From NCBI RefSeq assembly GCF_000315625.1, contig NW_005434649.1, positions 562,968-626,967 of the forward strand: a stretch of DNA of 64,000 nucleotides. Direction: 5' to 3'. Positions within the stretch are counted from its first letter, which is position 1. Every line of letters starts with the position of its first letter. Origin of the DNA: Guillardia theta CCMP2712. Lineage: Eukaryota; Protista; Cryptophyta. The notes below the pieces were generated by a model. That model was not told the origin of the DNA and searched no databases. It saw only the letters and a list, made by a program, of their open reading frames with translations. This document shows, one piece after another, positions 23,238 through 35,636 of the stretch. The position numbers were made by a program, and so were the translations under genes.

Positions 23238-23551
23238 CTGCGAAGGAGCCTGGCAGTCAGCCCGGCCGCGTGACACGCGGGGGGCCCGGCCCAAACCGTT
23301 GAAGTCGGGCTGATTAAATTTTTAGTTAAAATTTTAAGTAAAACTTTAATTTTCGAGCGAAACATGAGCCCGTCGGGGAAATGGCGGGAGGGAGGGAGGT
23401 GGCGGGAGGGAGGGAGGAGTTAGCAGGGAGGAGTTACGGATGGTATGAGGGGCAAGTAGGGAGGCGATTAACATCACTGACGCTGTGGGCCAGTCGCAAG
23501 GAGCGCACGAGCAGCTAGAGCGATGCCAGAGCTTGCGAGTCGGCGGTAGGG

Positions 23552-25964
23552 ATGGTCTACCACGAGGTGCTGTTTGCCCTGCTCGGGCATCCTGGATCGA
23601 TAGTCTGTGAAGCAGAGGTGCTTGACTTGCCATGTCCGACCGAGAATCGTCCTGAGTGGTTGACGCAGGATGAGAGCAACAAGGGCTACGTGGTCAACAA
23701 GCACGCCAAGTTCCTGGCGGACAGTGAAAAGGTGAAATGGGTAAGGACGAGAGGGGGGAAGGAGTTGACAGCTGGTGTGACAGGAGCTGCTCACTCGTAT
23801 CGCTGCGATAGGATACAACTACTCGGTGATCAACTCCTTCATCAAAGATGTACAGCAAAACATGGAGGAGGAAAAGCCCAAGGACGCGAATCACAAAGGG
23901 CTCTACTTGAGGGCGTTTGTTTCAGGGCTGAACGAGGTCTGGAGATGTCCGAGAGGGTCGGGGCAGTGCTGATGTTCGTGTACAGATGTTGGACGTGTAC
24001 CGGTCGACAGTGCTGCGGGTGGAGCAGGCCTTGATCGAGGACCCTGGCCTGTCGCTGACCTACTTGCTGTCGGAGGCTGCAGACTTTGAGATCTTGTTTC
24101 CCTACGTCAAGACGCTGATCCAAGACATCGGCAAGCTCAAATCCCACGGCTGCCAGATGCTCGACCTTGTCTCGAAGCACTCCTGCAGCGGCATCTCGGT
24201 TGTCCAGTATGCGCTGGAGAAGGTCCTTGGGAGGATGAACATCGTGCTCTACAGCCAAGTCAGCGCCTGGATGATCTATGGGATCCTCAGCGATCCCCAT
24301 GGGGAGTTTTTCATCTCCCCGAGGCAGAGGAGGGTGGAGGAGAGGCAGCTAACGGGAGGCACGAGCCACCAGAGGATGTCGGGGAAGCACCACGAGGACC
24401 AGCTGTTCGAGCTGAACCTCAGAATGAAGCCTGGAATCCTGTCAGCCGTCATGCTCGAGAAGATCTTGTTCTGTGGGGTGGCGATGAGGGTCCTGATGCA
24501 GCCCAACACTCGCCCCGAGGATCGGCCTGAGGCCGAGCAGATCGGCAGGTTCAACGGTCAGATGAAGGCGATCAGCAAGGAAGGCTCATTTCACCGTAAT
24601 AAGTTCGAGTCGCTAGTCGACGAGGTTCACCAGTACCTCTCCAAGCGCCTGTGGCGGCTGGTGGTGGAGCGGGCTCGGCTGCCGCTGCACTTCAAGGCCT
24701 TGAAGGACTACTTCTTGCTCGCCCGCGGGGACCTCTACCAGGCCTTCATCGAGAACACTAGGGGCCTCCTGTCCCTCCCTGCCTCTGACACCGCCGAGCA
24801 TGACGTGAACGAGCCGTTTAGGCGAGCAGCGCTGCTGAGCTATGCGGATGAGGACGAGATGTTTGCTCGAACGCGGCTGGTCATCGGGACCTTGCAAGAA
24901 CAAGAGAAGGTACAAGGGGACAAGGGGGAGCAAGGGGAAGAGGAAGGGCTTGACAAGCTGCGAATGGCCTACGATATGGAGTGGCCTCTCTCGACTCTGC
25001 TCTTCACACCGGAGGTCATGAAGCAGTATAACATCCTGTTCTCCTTCCTCCTCCGCGTCAAGCGCGCGCAGGCTGAACTGCAGTTCGCATGGCACCAGAC
25101 GCAGAGCGGGAGGTACGGGAGAGCCATCAGCAGCGTGCTACACAAGGCGTCGAGCTCGGGAAGACACATGGTGAACCTGTGGACGGTGAGAGCGGAGATG
25201 GCGTTTCTGGTCAACAACTTGCTCTACTACCTGCAGTGCGACGTGCTCGACGCGCAGTTCGAGATCGCAAGGAACGTGATCAGGTCCAGTGACGACTTCG
25301 AGACCATCCGAGCGGCGCACGTGACGTTCCTCGAGAGGATATCCTCTGACTGTCTGACGCGGAACAAGCTCGCATGGCAGACTGTCAACATCCTCCTGAA
25401 GATTGCGCTGAACTTCGCCCGACGTATGTCGCAGTGGAAGACGGTAGAGAAGGGGATCGTGTCTAGCGCAGAGAGCAGGCAGAAGTTCACACTGGGAGAG
25501 GCAGGAGTAGGAGGAGCTGAAGGTAATGGTGGGGTTGGGATAGGTGGGCTGTCCTACTTGGGATGTCCGATCACGGTGAATGGGGAGCTTAACGTCATCA
25601 CAAACTTCAGCGAGGAGGACAGGGAAGTGACTGTGTACAAGCCGCTCAAGACTTCAGTGTCAGGGGACATGGAGCCTTGTGCCGAGGACCTCATCGGAGC
25701 CCGATACTCCATCGAGGCTCCTTCAGTGACAGGAGAGGAGCTGTCGGAGATCAGGCTGAGGTTCCAACGCAACGCCCTCCTCCTTTTCACCGTCTTGAAG
25801 ACTTCACAAGCGCACACGACGCCAGTCCTCTCCCAGGTAAGATTCTGCGCTCTGCCCTCCACCTCCTTCGTGACTTTCCACCACTCCAGCTGCTCCTGCG
25901 GATGGACTACAATGGGTTCTTCGAGCAGAGCAAGGCCAAGTGGCAACAAACAACTTCCAGATGA
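23552..25964 (+). CDS. TUBGCP4: Gamma-tubulin complex component 4
   Basis: MVYHEVLFALLGHPG N-terminus; WMIYGIL.DPHGEFFI, LKDYFLLARGDLYQAF, NNLLYYLQCDVLDAQF; C-terminal LLLRMDYNGFF. Confidence 0.92.
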
Positions 25965-26050
25965 AGATTTACTGTAGATGATATAAATCTGTTCCATTCC
26001 ACCATCCACATTCCCCAACCCCCTGCCCTCCTCCAGCCCTTCAACAAACT

Positions 26051-26846
26051 TCAAGTACTCGAGACTCGATTCCATCTTCGCTGCAGGCTCACATTCACAA
26101 CCTTCAGAGCTCCGCCGTTGATTGCACCCCTCTCGAACGATAATTCCACCCAGCTGCCCTGCGGGCCCTGACAGCGCGTCAGCATCGACCGACGGCTCCT
26201 GCTCCTTCTCACCAGGATGTAGGGGGCGATCTCAGCTCCTGTCATCCCTCTCACTGACCTCCCGTCGATGGAAATCAGCACGTCTCCTTCCTGCTCCTGC
26301 CAGTCACCCGAGCCCTTCAAGAGTCGCTAAGCAGGGCCCACCTCGATCTGCCCGCTGTGGAAGGCAGGAGATTCGATTGCGAGGGACTTGACGGCTAACT
26401 TAGGACGGGGATCTTGATTCAGCGCTACCATCTGCTGGAAGGCGATCCCCAGCCCCACTTTCTCTGCGTCCGTTCCTATCACGCGCGGGGAGTACTTGGC
26501 GAGGCCTGTGGGAGGAGGAGCAGGTTCAGCCTTAATTGAGGACGGAAGGGGGAACGAGCGACTGCCCAGAGGGCAAGGGGAGGCAGTCATAACCTGAGGA
26601 CTCAACGTGTCGGGTGCCAGGATCCCTGGGAGTGGCAGGGTCGTTCCGGTGCGCCCCATCAGATCGCCTCCTCAGGTTGGATTCTTGAAAGTCTTCCTCC
26701 ATCCTCACTGCATCGTCTCTCATCGGGTTGATGACCTTAGCCGAGCAGCATCCTGTTGTTCCCACATGCATCAATCTGTTCAGAGCTCTCACACTCCTCC
26801 TCCTCATCTCACCCTCCAGCCAACCGAAGAAGGATCCCCCCGCCAT
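26051..26846 (-). CDS. PDZ-domain protein
   Basis: GLGIAF...SPAFHSGQIE|EGDVLISIDGRSVRG...IL|GPQGSWVELSFER. Confidence 0.8.
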
Positions 26847-27628
26847 GCCTGCTCACAACATTCAGCGGTCGGCAGTTTCATCCTACCGCTGAGGAGCAAG
26901 AGAACTTCAGATCTCTTATGACCCATGTGCCATGTCTTTCTTCTCCCTCATCTACTTTGTCGTGTAGCGAGGTGCTCCCTCCTCTCCTCCCTCCCTCCTC
27001 CCTAGCCACGGGATCTACATCGGCGGCGTTTCGGCCACGACCGAAACAAATCTTCACCGGCTCGTCAAATTTGAAATATTTCCCTGGATGAATTGAATTT
27101 TCTTTTCAAATTTGAAGTCAAAGAGGCAAACGTGGTAAAAAGAGTCAAAACTAGTCGAACCTTGAAGGTGTCAGAGAAGGGAAAGCGAAATAGAAGGCAA
27201 GGAGGGTGGGAGAATGAGAAGTGTTCGAGAAGAGCAGGAGATAGGAAGGAGAAGGAGAAGGAAAAGGAGATGGGGAAGAAAAGGGGAGGAGAAGAGGATG
27301 GAACGAGAAGTGTTAGAGAATGGAAGGAGATGGGAAGGAGAAGTGTTCGAGAAGGGAAGGGAAAGAGAGGACGGAAATCATGAGATGAGAATGGAAGGAA
27401 GTAACAGAGCGAGACTGTGAATCTATCGATGTAAGGGGAGGGACAGAAGATTGTCCCAAGGAAGGGATGACGAAACAAGATGAATATCAAGTAGATGACA
27501 TTCTGCAGCAAGCACAGGACGAGCCATCACTAATTGAAATACACAATCCAATTTATTGCAATCTTACGATATCCAATGATTAGTAGATGAATCATATTTT
27601 AGCGCTTCAGTCAAAACAGTTCAAAAGT

Positions 27629-30056
27629 TCACTTGATCCAGCTTACAATCTTGAACATGTGGCAGAAGATCCTCATACAAAGATGTGATGTGAAGACCTT
27701 GTAGATGTTGGGTTGAGCCCCCGAAATCAGTTCGTAAGCCATCCACGTTCTGGATGTGGAGTCACGTGATGTTGAAAGAATACTCAAGAAATGACTAACC
27801 TGAGCAATTATGAAGTCCTCGAGACTTCCGTGCATGCATTCACAGAAAATCATTGCCTCCATTCCAATTTGCATTGCAAGACCATCCCTTGTCTTTGCTG
27901 ACTCCAAATATTGGGCTTGTTTCAAAGCTTGCACAACTAGCTTTGTAAGTATTCCTTCTTTAGCACGTAGTTCATCCTGGAATTCAATGATCATGCATCG
28001 TTGTCAAAGAATTCTTGCAGCTTACATCAATCGATTTCATATGGTTGATTTGTACTTGCAAAGAGCCTTTGCTGCCCCAAGCATTTTGAATTGTCTTAAG
28101 AATATCTGACTTCTGCTGTGTCAATGCGTGATATCTGTTGAATTGTCGTCGGAGCCGTTCTCGATCCTTGCCCCAACAAATTAGAATGCAAATATGTTAT
28201 GAGAAACATTGGATATTTACCTCCAAGGGATGAAAATCGAGCACTAAATTTGAGTTCTTCCTTGCAATTATCCAGTGAAAAGCGTGATTTGCATCGCTGA
28301 CGGTATCGAATTCGATCAAAGCATAGTCATTCTGATGGACTACAATTGACGAAATTCCTGAAAAATTTCGCCTATTTGTTCAAATGAATAACGTCAGTCC
28401 CTGGCTGGTAATATTGTGAGATGCAAAGAGGATTACATCTCAATCTTGATGTCATCAACAAGTGCTTGGGTGCTTGACTTTGATTTTTGATGTGCATAGA
28501 TGAGACACGTAGATTTTTGGTGGGTGTAGGATGCAATCAAAGATTTCTCGTCTGCAAGCACTCTTACTGCTTCCTCAGCATCGCATTCTGACGCAACTCA
28601 AGTCAATATAAGATACATCCCAATGGAAACTTACTGTACTTGAATGTTACGATTGCATGACGGAACTGCGAATCCACTATCAGGTTCTTAATCGTTCCGA
28701 ACGGCTGTAGCGCTGTCAAAACTTCTTGCTCAACAGTAAGTGCTGATGATGAATTGAGCCCAACAAATATCGGATTTGAACGTAAGGCAGGAATATGTCT
28801 CCTTGGAAGAGTTAAATCTCTGTTTAGTTCAGTATTCGAGGCGTAAGGTGACATTGTGACTCTTTTGGCAAATTGGATCTTGCAATACCAAAACGAATTC
28901 CTGTCATTTATGTCAAATTGTAACAGTAATATGGAGTAATGAAGAAAACTTACTTATCTTCATTTAGGGTCTGTTTTGCGTGTAGCGCTTGTTTCTCAGT
29001 CGCAAATGACACAAAGGCATATCTGTAGTGTAGAAAAAATCAGCCAGCTGCAAAAGCAACAAGAATTGGGTCACCTCAAACGTATTCCGGAGGAAAGAAG
29101 AGAACTTGTTTGGCAGATGTTGATACTTGTGATGGTGCCAAACTTCCGGAACTCCTGCAAGCATTTAAAGCATTTAAAACACTTGCATTTGTTTGGCATA
29201 ATCATTTCAACCTGAGTCAGGGTAGATTCTGTTGAATCTTCCGGAATCATTGCCAAATGTAATGTCTGCAATCAAGCTCGTATCAGAACAAGTAATTCTC
29301 AACGAAGTTTTGATTTTATAGCACCAATTGCTGTCTTGGACAAATCACCTCTTGATCAGAACCTTTCAAGGCAATGATACCCGTTTCACTGATGACTGCC
29401 GGATTATGATCTTTTCGGCAAGTTGGACCGAATGCACATCTTCCAGTATCATAGAAAAAAGAGCAAGGCTCATGGCCAGGCTGTCGTGGGTAAACACCTT
29501 TCACAATCTTTGCCTCCAACTGAAGTCGTGACTGCATGTATTGGCATCAGTCTTACAAAGATGTTCATGATTTCCCAAAATGATACCCGATTTCCCGGTC
29601 TCTCGATAACAATGTTCTGTTTGTCGGAGACTGCAACTAGTTTTCCCTCAAATATGGTCCACAGACCATGAAATTGAGGAACAGTCTGAACTTTCTCTGA
29701 TGTGACAACGACGACCTGAAGAAGATAAGCCGAAAACGCAATCGATTCATAATCCAATTCACCATGGTATTCATCAAGCGAGCAAGATCTCTTCGAGCAA
29801 AATTTTGCGGAAGTTGGGGAGCGTTTGTCTTAGTTTTCATGTTCACTTGAGAATCTACAAATGCTTCGACATTTGTTGGCGATCCCGATGCTCTCATTTC
29901 CATATCAGGCTTTTCGACCGAAATTTTAGGACTGTTCCAAAAAAAATCATCAATGCTGAGAACCGTGTTGTACATTTGGGTTGCCTACCTAAGCGGCTCG
30001 TCATAGCCAATCAGGTTCTGAATTTGTTCCCCAAGGTCAAAAATACTTTTCACCAT
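27629..30056 (-). CDS. Multi-exon CCCH zinc-finger + RRM RNA-binding protein (AT-rich); ends approximate
   Basis: CSFFYDTGRCAFGPTCRKDH (CCCH); IFVGL...LQPFGTIKNLIVDSQFRHAIVTF and EFRKFGTITSINI (RRMs). Confidence 0.65.
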
Positions 30057-31178
30057 GCTGATGAATATAGCTTGAGAAATAGAGACGAGTCCTCGGATGA
30101 AGGAGGATAACAGAGAATTCGTTCTGGACCACGAGAAAGATTTCGTCGGCAGGCAGTGAGGCGAGGACAGTGAGAGCTAGGAATCAAAGAAGAAAGAAGA
30201 AGGGCGAGGAGGAGGACGACGAGGTGGTGGAAGCAGCGCGCGCGCGTCAGGTTTGTGGGTTCGAGGGCGGGAAGCGAGTTTATAAACTGTGGGGAGGGAA
30301 AAAAAAAGTCAGGTACCGTAGCAAGGGTGCGATTGTGGGGGGTACGGTTGTCTTCATACCCCTGTAGAGGAACACAAATGGACCGGTCTGGTGTACCCCA
30401 GATTGTATCCAAGGGAGGGTGATGATAAATTCCATATCCCCGTGTTCCCTGTCATTCAAGGGGGTCGGGTGGATCAAGTCTGGGGTCGCAATTCTCAGGG
30501 ATTGCGCGGGAAACTCTCCGTTCTACCAGTCTGAGAGCTGCTCGAGAGAGAAAAGTCATCTTAACAGTTCCAAGGGCCTCATCAAAAAAGAATGTGGACC
30601 GTAGCCCCACCCGTCCATTCCTTCGGTCTTCAACAACTGTCCATGCAACCCCCTACCCACGTCTTTCCCTTGGGCAACTCATGGAATATGGGTGGGGTAG
30701 TCCAGTACACCAGCAAAGGAAAAAAGACACCATTTTTTTGGCGGGAAGGATGACCCCACCCCCTCTCTTGAGCTGCTTCAGTGATCCCAAGAGGGAGTTG
30801 GTAGGGGTGATCGCATCCTGCAAAGACACGATCAGCTCCCCCTACCCCACCCTCCTTAAAACCAGCCAATGACCCGACCCCGAAACCCTGGCCCCTCTTC
30901 CTCTTCCTCTTCCTCTTCCTCTTCTTCCCCCCGCCCCCGCCCTGCCCCTCTCCCTCTCGCTCTCTCCCTCCCTCTCCCTCTTCGTACGTGTCATCTTCTT
31001 CACCTTCCGTCCTTCTGTCAACTGTTCGCCCTCCTGCTGCACCAATTTCGTCTCCGTTTCATCTCCCCAGTCAATCACTGTCTTTCCCTCTTGTTGCTGG
31101 ATTCTTTCATACACTGCAAATCTTCTCCTTCCATTTGCTCTTGTCAAATCAGCCGGTGCCGAAATCTGCAAGCCAAGC

Positions 31179-31935
31179 ATGTCTGTTTCACAACCCATGA
31201 TTGAGAGCAATGCGATCAACCAACAGTTGGATAGCAGCTTCATCTGTTCATCGATTGGCATTTTTGAATCAGAACAGACGCGTTGTGGGGAAGATTTGAA
31301 ACACGCGGTAAAGAATACATTCAGTAGCGAATATCCGTAGAATCTCAAAGTTTGATGCTTTTGACTAGAGATATGCTACCGTAGGTTCTACCCAAATTCG
31401 AGTCCTGGTATGCAGATGAAGACATCAGTGGTCAAAATAGGTATCTACCAAATATATACAAGGTAAGCATTCTCCGTATTGGATGTTGAAATGATGGCAC
31501 AGTTTGCAGGACGTGGTTCGATATGCTATGTCACGTTCTCCTAATCAAAGTGTGAAATCCAAATCTTCATCGTTCATCAACATTTAAACACTTGAGGAGA
31601 TGAACCTGTGCAATTGTAAGCTGATGAAAATGCGTGTAATTTGGCAATCCTCGTTGTCATTTTCACGATGAAAGAGAATCAGCTAGTCGTCCCAACCATG
31701 ATTTGATTGCAAGAAGAGAAAATAGAAATCAATAAAGCGATGGTCCATCTTTAGATCTTTTTGCTCTTTGAAGAATTCCTCAGACTGTATACTTCGAGGA
31801 TGATCCCCCTTCTGCAAAATCAGAATCTTTTGAAAGCTTCATGAAAGCATTTAAGTTTCTTTCTTTTATCGAGATGTGCATATTGAGCATCGAGAGAAGA
31901 AAGCAAAACACAAGCCAAACTGCGTTGACCTTGGT
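31179..31935 (+). CDS. Possible small multi-exon hypothetical gene
   Basis: ATG-initiated exon MSVSQPMIESN...LKHA followed by a gtaag donor and further donor/acceptor pairs; no recognisable domain. Confidence 0.3.
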
Positions 31936-31978
31936 AAGAATCAAATCTAGTGGAAACCAGAAAACTACAAAATCTACG

Positions 31979-33101
31979 CTACTGCCCCCTTCTTCACCTT
32001 GTAACGATCCAGAGGTGGGCCAGTGTAGGCTCGCCTTACAGTGTAAAATTCGTGCGGAGCTTCACATGCAAGCAACCACATATCCTGCAAGGAAACAAGC
32101 GAATCAGTCTAATAATCCAACTGAATAAAGTTCTCACACTTACGTCACCAGGTTTGGACTCAGGATCCAAATTCATTTTTACATCTGCTATCTTGCTGGG
32201 ATCTGGCTTTTGTTTGCCATGCCCAACAATGCGATAGTAATTGCATGGTCGTCCACAATCGTAATTATACGGAGGAGCAAGCACATCAAGGACTGCGCAA
32301 TCCGTTTCTGCATAGAACTGAAAATACGGGTATTATGCAGGTGCATGCAGAGGAATTTCATACACGCCTCATGTAAGTTGCCGTTGGAGGTTGCAAGTAG
32401 CATCTGACAGCCATCTGACTCTTTCACTGGTTTCAAGACATCACGTATCTTCAAAAAAATCACATTTGGGAAACATTATCAGTTGTGCGTACAGTTACAG
32501 GTATTGGTTCTTGAAAGTTTGCTTCTGTCGTTGGAGTTGAATAATCTTGTTTGTCGTAGCTACTTACTAGCATTGTTCCATACAGTACTTTGCTGAAGAC
32601 AGTCATATCTGGATGATCTGAATTTGGAACGCAACAGTTAGTTGAAAACATTCAAGGCTTCGCACCTACCATGCAATGGCAGTCTATTTCCTTTGGGCAA
32701 TACGAATATTCCGATAGTAAAAGCTTTGAGTAATCTTGAGCAGATTAAATTTCAAAAACAAGTCGTTCAAACCTTCGTCTTCAAGAACATCGATAAATTC
32801 AATCTCATCGGTCCTGCAGGATTCTGGTTTGTACTTAGTTTCAACGGAAAAGGAAACCAGCTAGACAAACCATCGAGCCCAAGATCCTTGCACTGTATCC
32901 TATGCATGATTTCTTTTAGTCTTGTCAAATCAGCTTTCCTAAATAACAATAAAATTAGTCCACATGTAAAGCAATCAGCGGGGTTCATGACTACCCCTCG
33001 GTTGAGAACGACTTGATGCATTCCTCTACAAGATTGTAAAGGAAACAATCGTGTAAATTCAGATCTTCATCTGTGCACTTCTTGACTGTGTTGTTCCCCA
33101 T
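31979..33101 (-). CDS. Plant cysteine oxidase / 2-aminoethanethiol dioxygenase (PCO_ADO family)
   Basis: Spliced product: FTIGIFVLPKGNRLPLH|DHPDMTVFSKVLYGTMLVSSYD...GNLHE|FYAETDCAVLDVLAPPYNYDCGRPCNYY...WLLACEAPHEFYTVRRAYTGP. HxH...H iron triad present. Start is approximate. Confidence 0.9.
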
Positions 33102-34274
33102 ACTTTCACTCTTTAGGTCTGTCATTCAAAACTGCCAACATGACATCAGCCACACAAATTGCCGAAGAGATGCAATTACCAAATCACAAGTAAGGCCTTA
33201 TACGAAGGGTATCATTGCGGCTGTCAATGAAACAAATATCAAATATGCAAATCTATCAGGAAAGGAGAACATAAATGCTCTAGAGGAAAATTGAGCCATT
33301 ATTCCGATAATGATCGGAATACATCATGCTGAAGGGTCAAGTTTACTTGATTTGAAGAACAAAATGAAAGAAAGCATAAGATCGGAGGACAAAGAATACT
33401 GGGAATCCAGAGGAGGAGAAATTCAATACGACAATGGTGAGGATGGAGTAGTTTCTGAACGAGCATGATGCGAGGTCCAAAACTTGATGTGTATATTTGT
33501 GTAATGCGACTGGTGAAAGAATCGGGAGAAGGTACAGAGGATAGAAGAATCTCATTAACAGCAGTATTATGTGCGCATCAAGGAGAAGACAATGAGATAG
33601 AAAATGCCAATGCAGGGACGGAGGCAGGGTTGAGGGGATGGAAAAACTGGTGAGGGCAGCTCCCTGGGGGATTCAAAGGCAACGCTACAATAGAGGTGGC
33701 AGAAGAAGGTGCAAGAGGACGTGAAGAATGAGTAGAGGAACATTGAGGAGGGAGACTTTAATCAAGTGTGGAAGGTTGTAGGGGACGAAGAGGAGGAGGA
33801 GGAGGAGGAGGAGGAGGAGGAGGAACGGGGGTCGGGTGTAGCATGGGGGACGATGCGGACAGTTTTAGAGGTAGAGTAGAGTACCCCCGGAAAACGCAAT
33901 TTGTTGCGGTGGTCGGTCGGAAGTACCCCCTTGTACTACTTGTGAAGGAGGGGTACAGATGACCCACCCTACCATCCCGATGGAGGCTGGGAGACTTTTG
34001 TAAGGGTTGCCGCTTCGTTGACTTTTTACTCTTTTACTGTAGTAAACCAGATCCGCCTCAACATGAGATGAGTCCCGGCCAAGTTGAGGGTTTAGGCTCA
34101 GTGGCCCGGCCCGGCCCGGCCCGGCCCGGCCACAGACTGTACAACCTGCCCCAGCCTGATTAGATAGGAGAGGGACGGGGCAGTGATGATAAATTAGCCG
34201 CTGAGGTTGATGGAAGGGAAAGCGACGTCACCGCACCTCATGGAAGCGAGAAGATTTCGATGAACAGAACGCCT

Positions 34275-34411
<137 letters not shown>

Positions 34412-34566
34412 ACAACGGTTGTGATGATTCAAGCCTGACCATGTTTGTTACTTTGTGGGAACACAAAAAAGATGATAGGTAGAAAATAGATGGTTGAGAC
34501 AAGAACATCCACAAATCTGTAGCACAAGGGGAGGAGGAAGAGGGGGAGGGAACTTGGTTATGCCTG

Positions 34567-35318
34567 ATGGCATCGATGTCCATGAGGTATTAGAGAAGAG
34601 AGAAGCGTGGAAGCTCTCAATCTCATCTGCAACAGCACAAGAATGGTCGTTTGTTGAACATCTAATATCGATTGGCAGGAGGAGCGGTTCTCTGCCCCTG
34701 GACAGCATGCCAGCGCTGACGTATGTCTATGGGGCCACCATTGCCATCGGCGGGATCTTCACCTACCAGGCTAAGTGAGGAGAGGACGGAGAGAGGAGGA
34801 TGTGATGAGCTCGCAGGGGAAGCAAAGGTGCGCTAGGGTGGGGTCTCTTGTTCGGAACTCTTCTGTGCTGGGCTGCTCTGAGGATGAAAGAGAGGTCATG
34901 CTTGCTACCGCTGCGCAAGCTCGCTCCTTCCTTCCTCGCGAGTCCTTGTCCTCCCCTTCGTCTTCCCCGTCTCCTGCCATCTGCTCCATATCTCCTCGTG
35001 CTCGCATTCTTGCTCCCTCGTGAACGTCGACATGGTGTCGGCCTACCTTGCCACTGACGCCTCCTGGAGCAGGGGCCCGGGGGTTCGCGGTTATCCCTTC
35101 GTGATTGCGCTCCTTGTGTCGGTGATCATGTTCGGGATGACGGTGAGACATCAGCTGAGCAGGAGGAGGCTGAGAGTTGCTCATGGCAGGCCGCGCGAGT
35201 GCACAGGACGGGGAAGATTTGGCCGATGGGAGCGCTAGCGGCGCTGAGCCTGATCATGGGGATGCGATATGCGTCACACTTCACGATCTATGGCGACCTG
35301 TACGAGTACGAAATCTGA
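34567..35318 (+). CDS. TMEM14/FAX-family small membrane protein
   Basis: YVYGATIAIGGIFTYQAK...ALGWGLLFGTLLCWAA...KIWPMGALAALSLIM. Confidence 0.7.
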
Positions 35319-35636
35319 TGGAGGGGAAGGGAGGGGACAGGCGTGTGATGGGCATCTGATGTTGGGAAGTGTTTGTGAGGAAGGAGGGTGTAAGGTAGAA
35401 GGGACATGCAGGCATGTGAGATTGATGTGATGCTGTAAGGAGAATGAAGCATCTGAGTCAACGTTGCTTCCACCGACACTCTCCAAGCTCCTCCTTCCTC
35501 TTCCTCTCCCCCTCCTCTCCTCTCACTTCGTCGCTCCTCCCCTTCTGTCCTCGATCAAACTTCTGCTGCCGCCGCCAGGAGCTCATCCTTGGAAGCGAAG
35601 CTGAGGGATGCCATGGGTGCGATGGGGACGCACTTG

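Noticed and set aside
20006-25964. Functional segregation cluster of ParA with GCP4 (and APC5)
   Set aside because: Adjacency in a gene-dense eukaryotic genome is not evidence of a shared pathway, and no ParB or parS-like array is seen.
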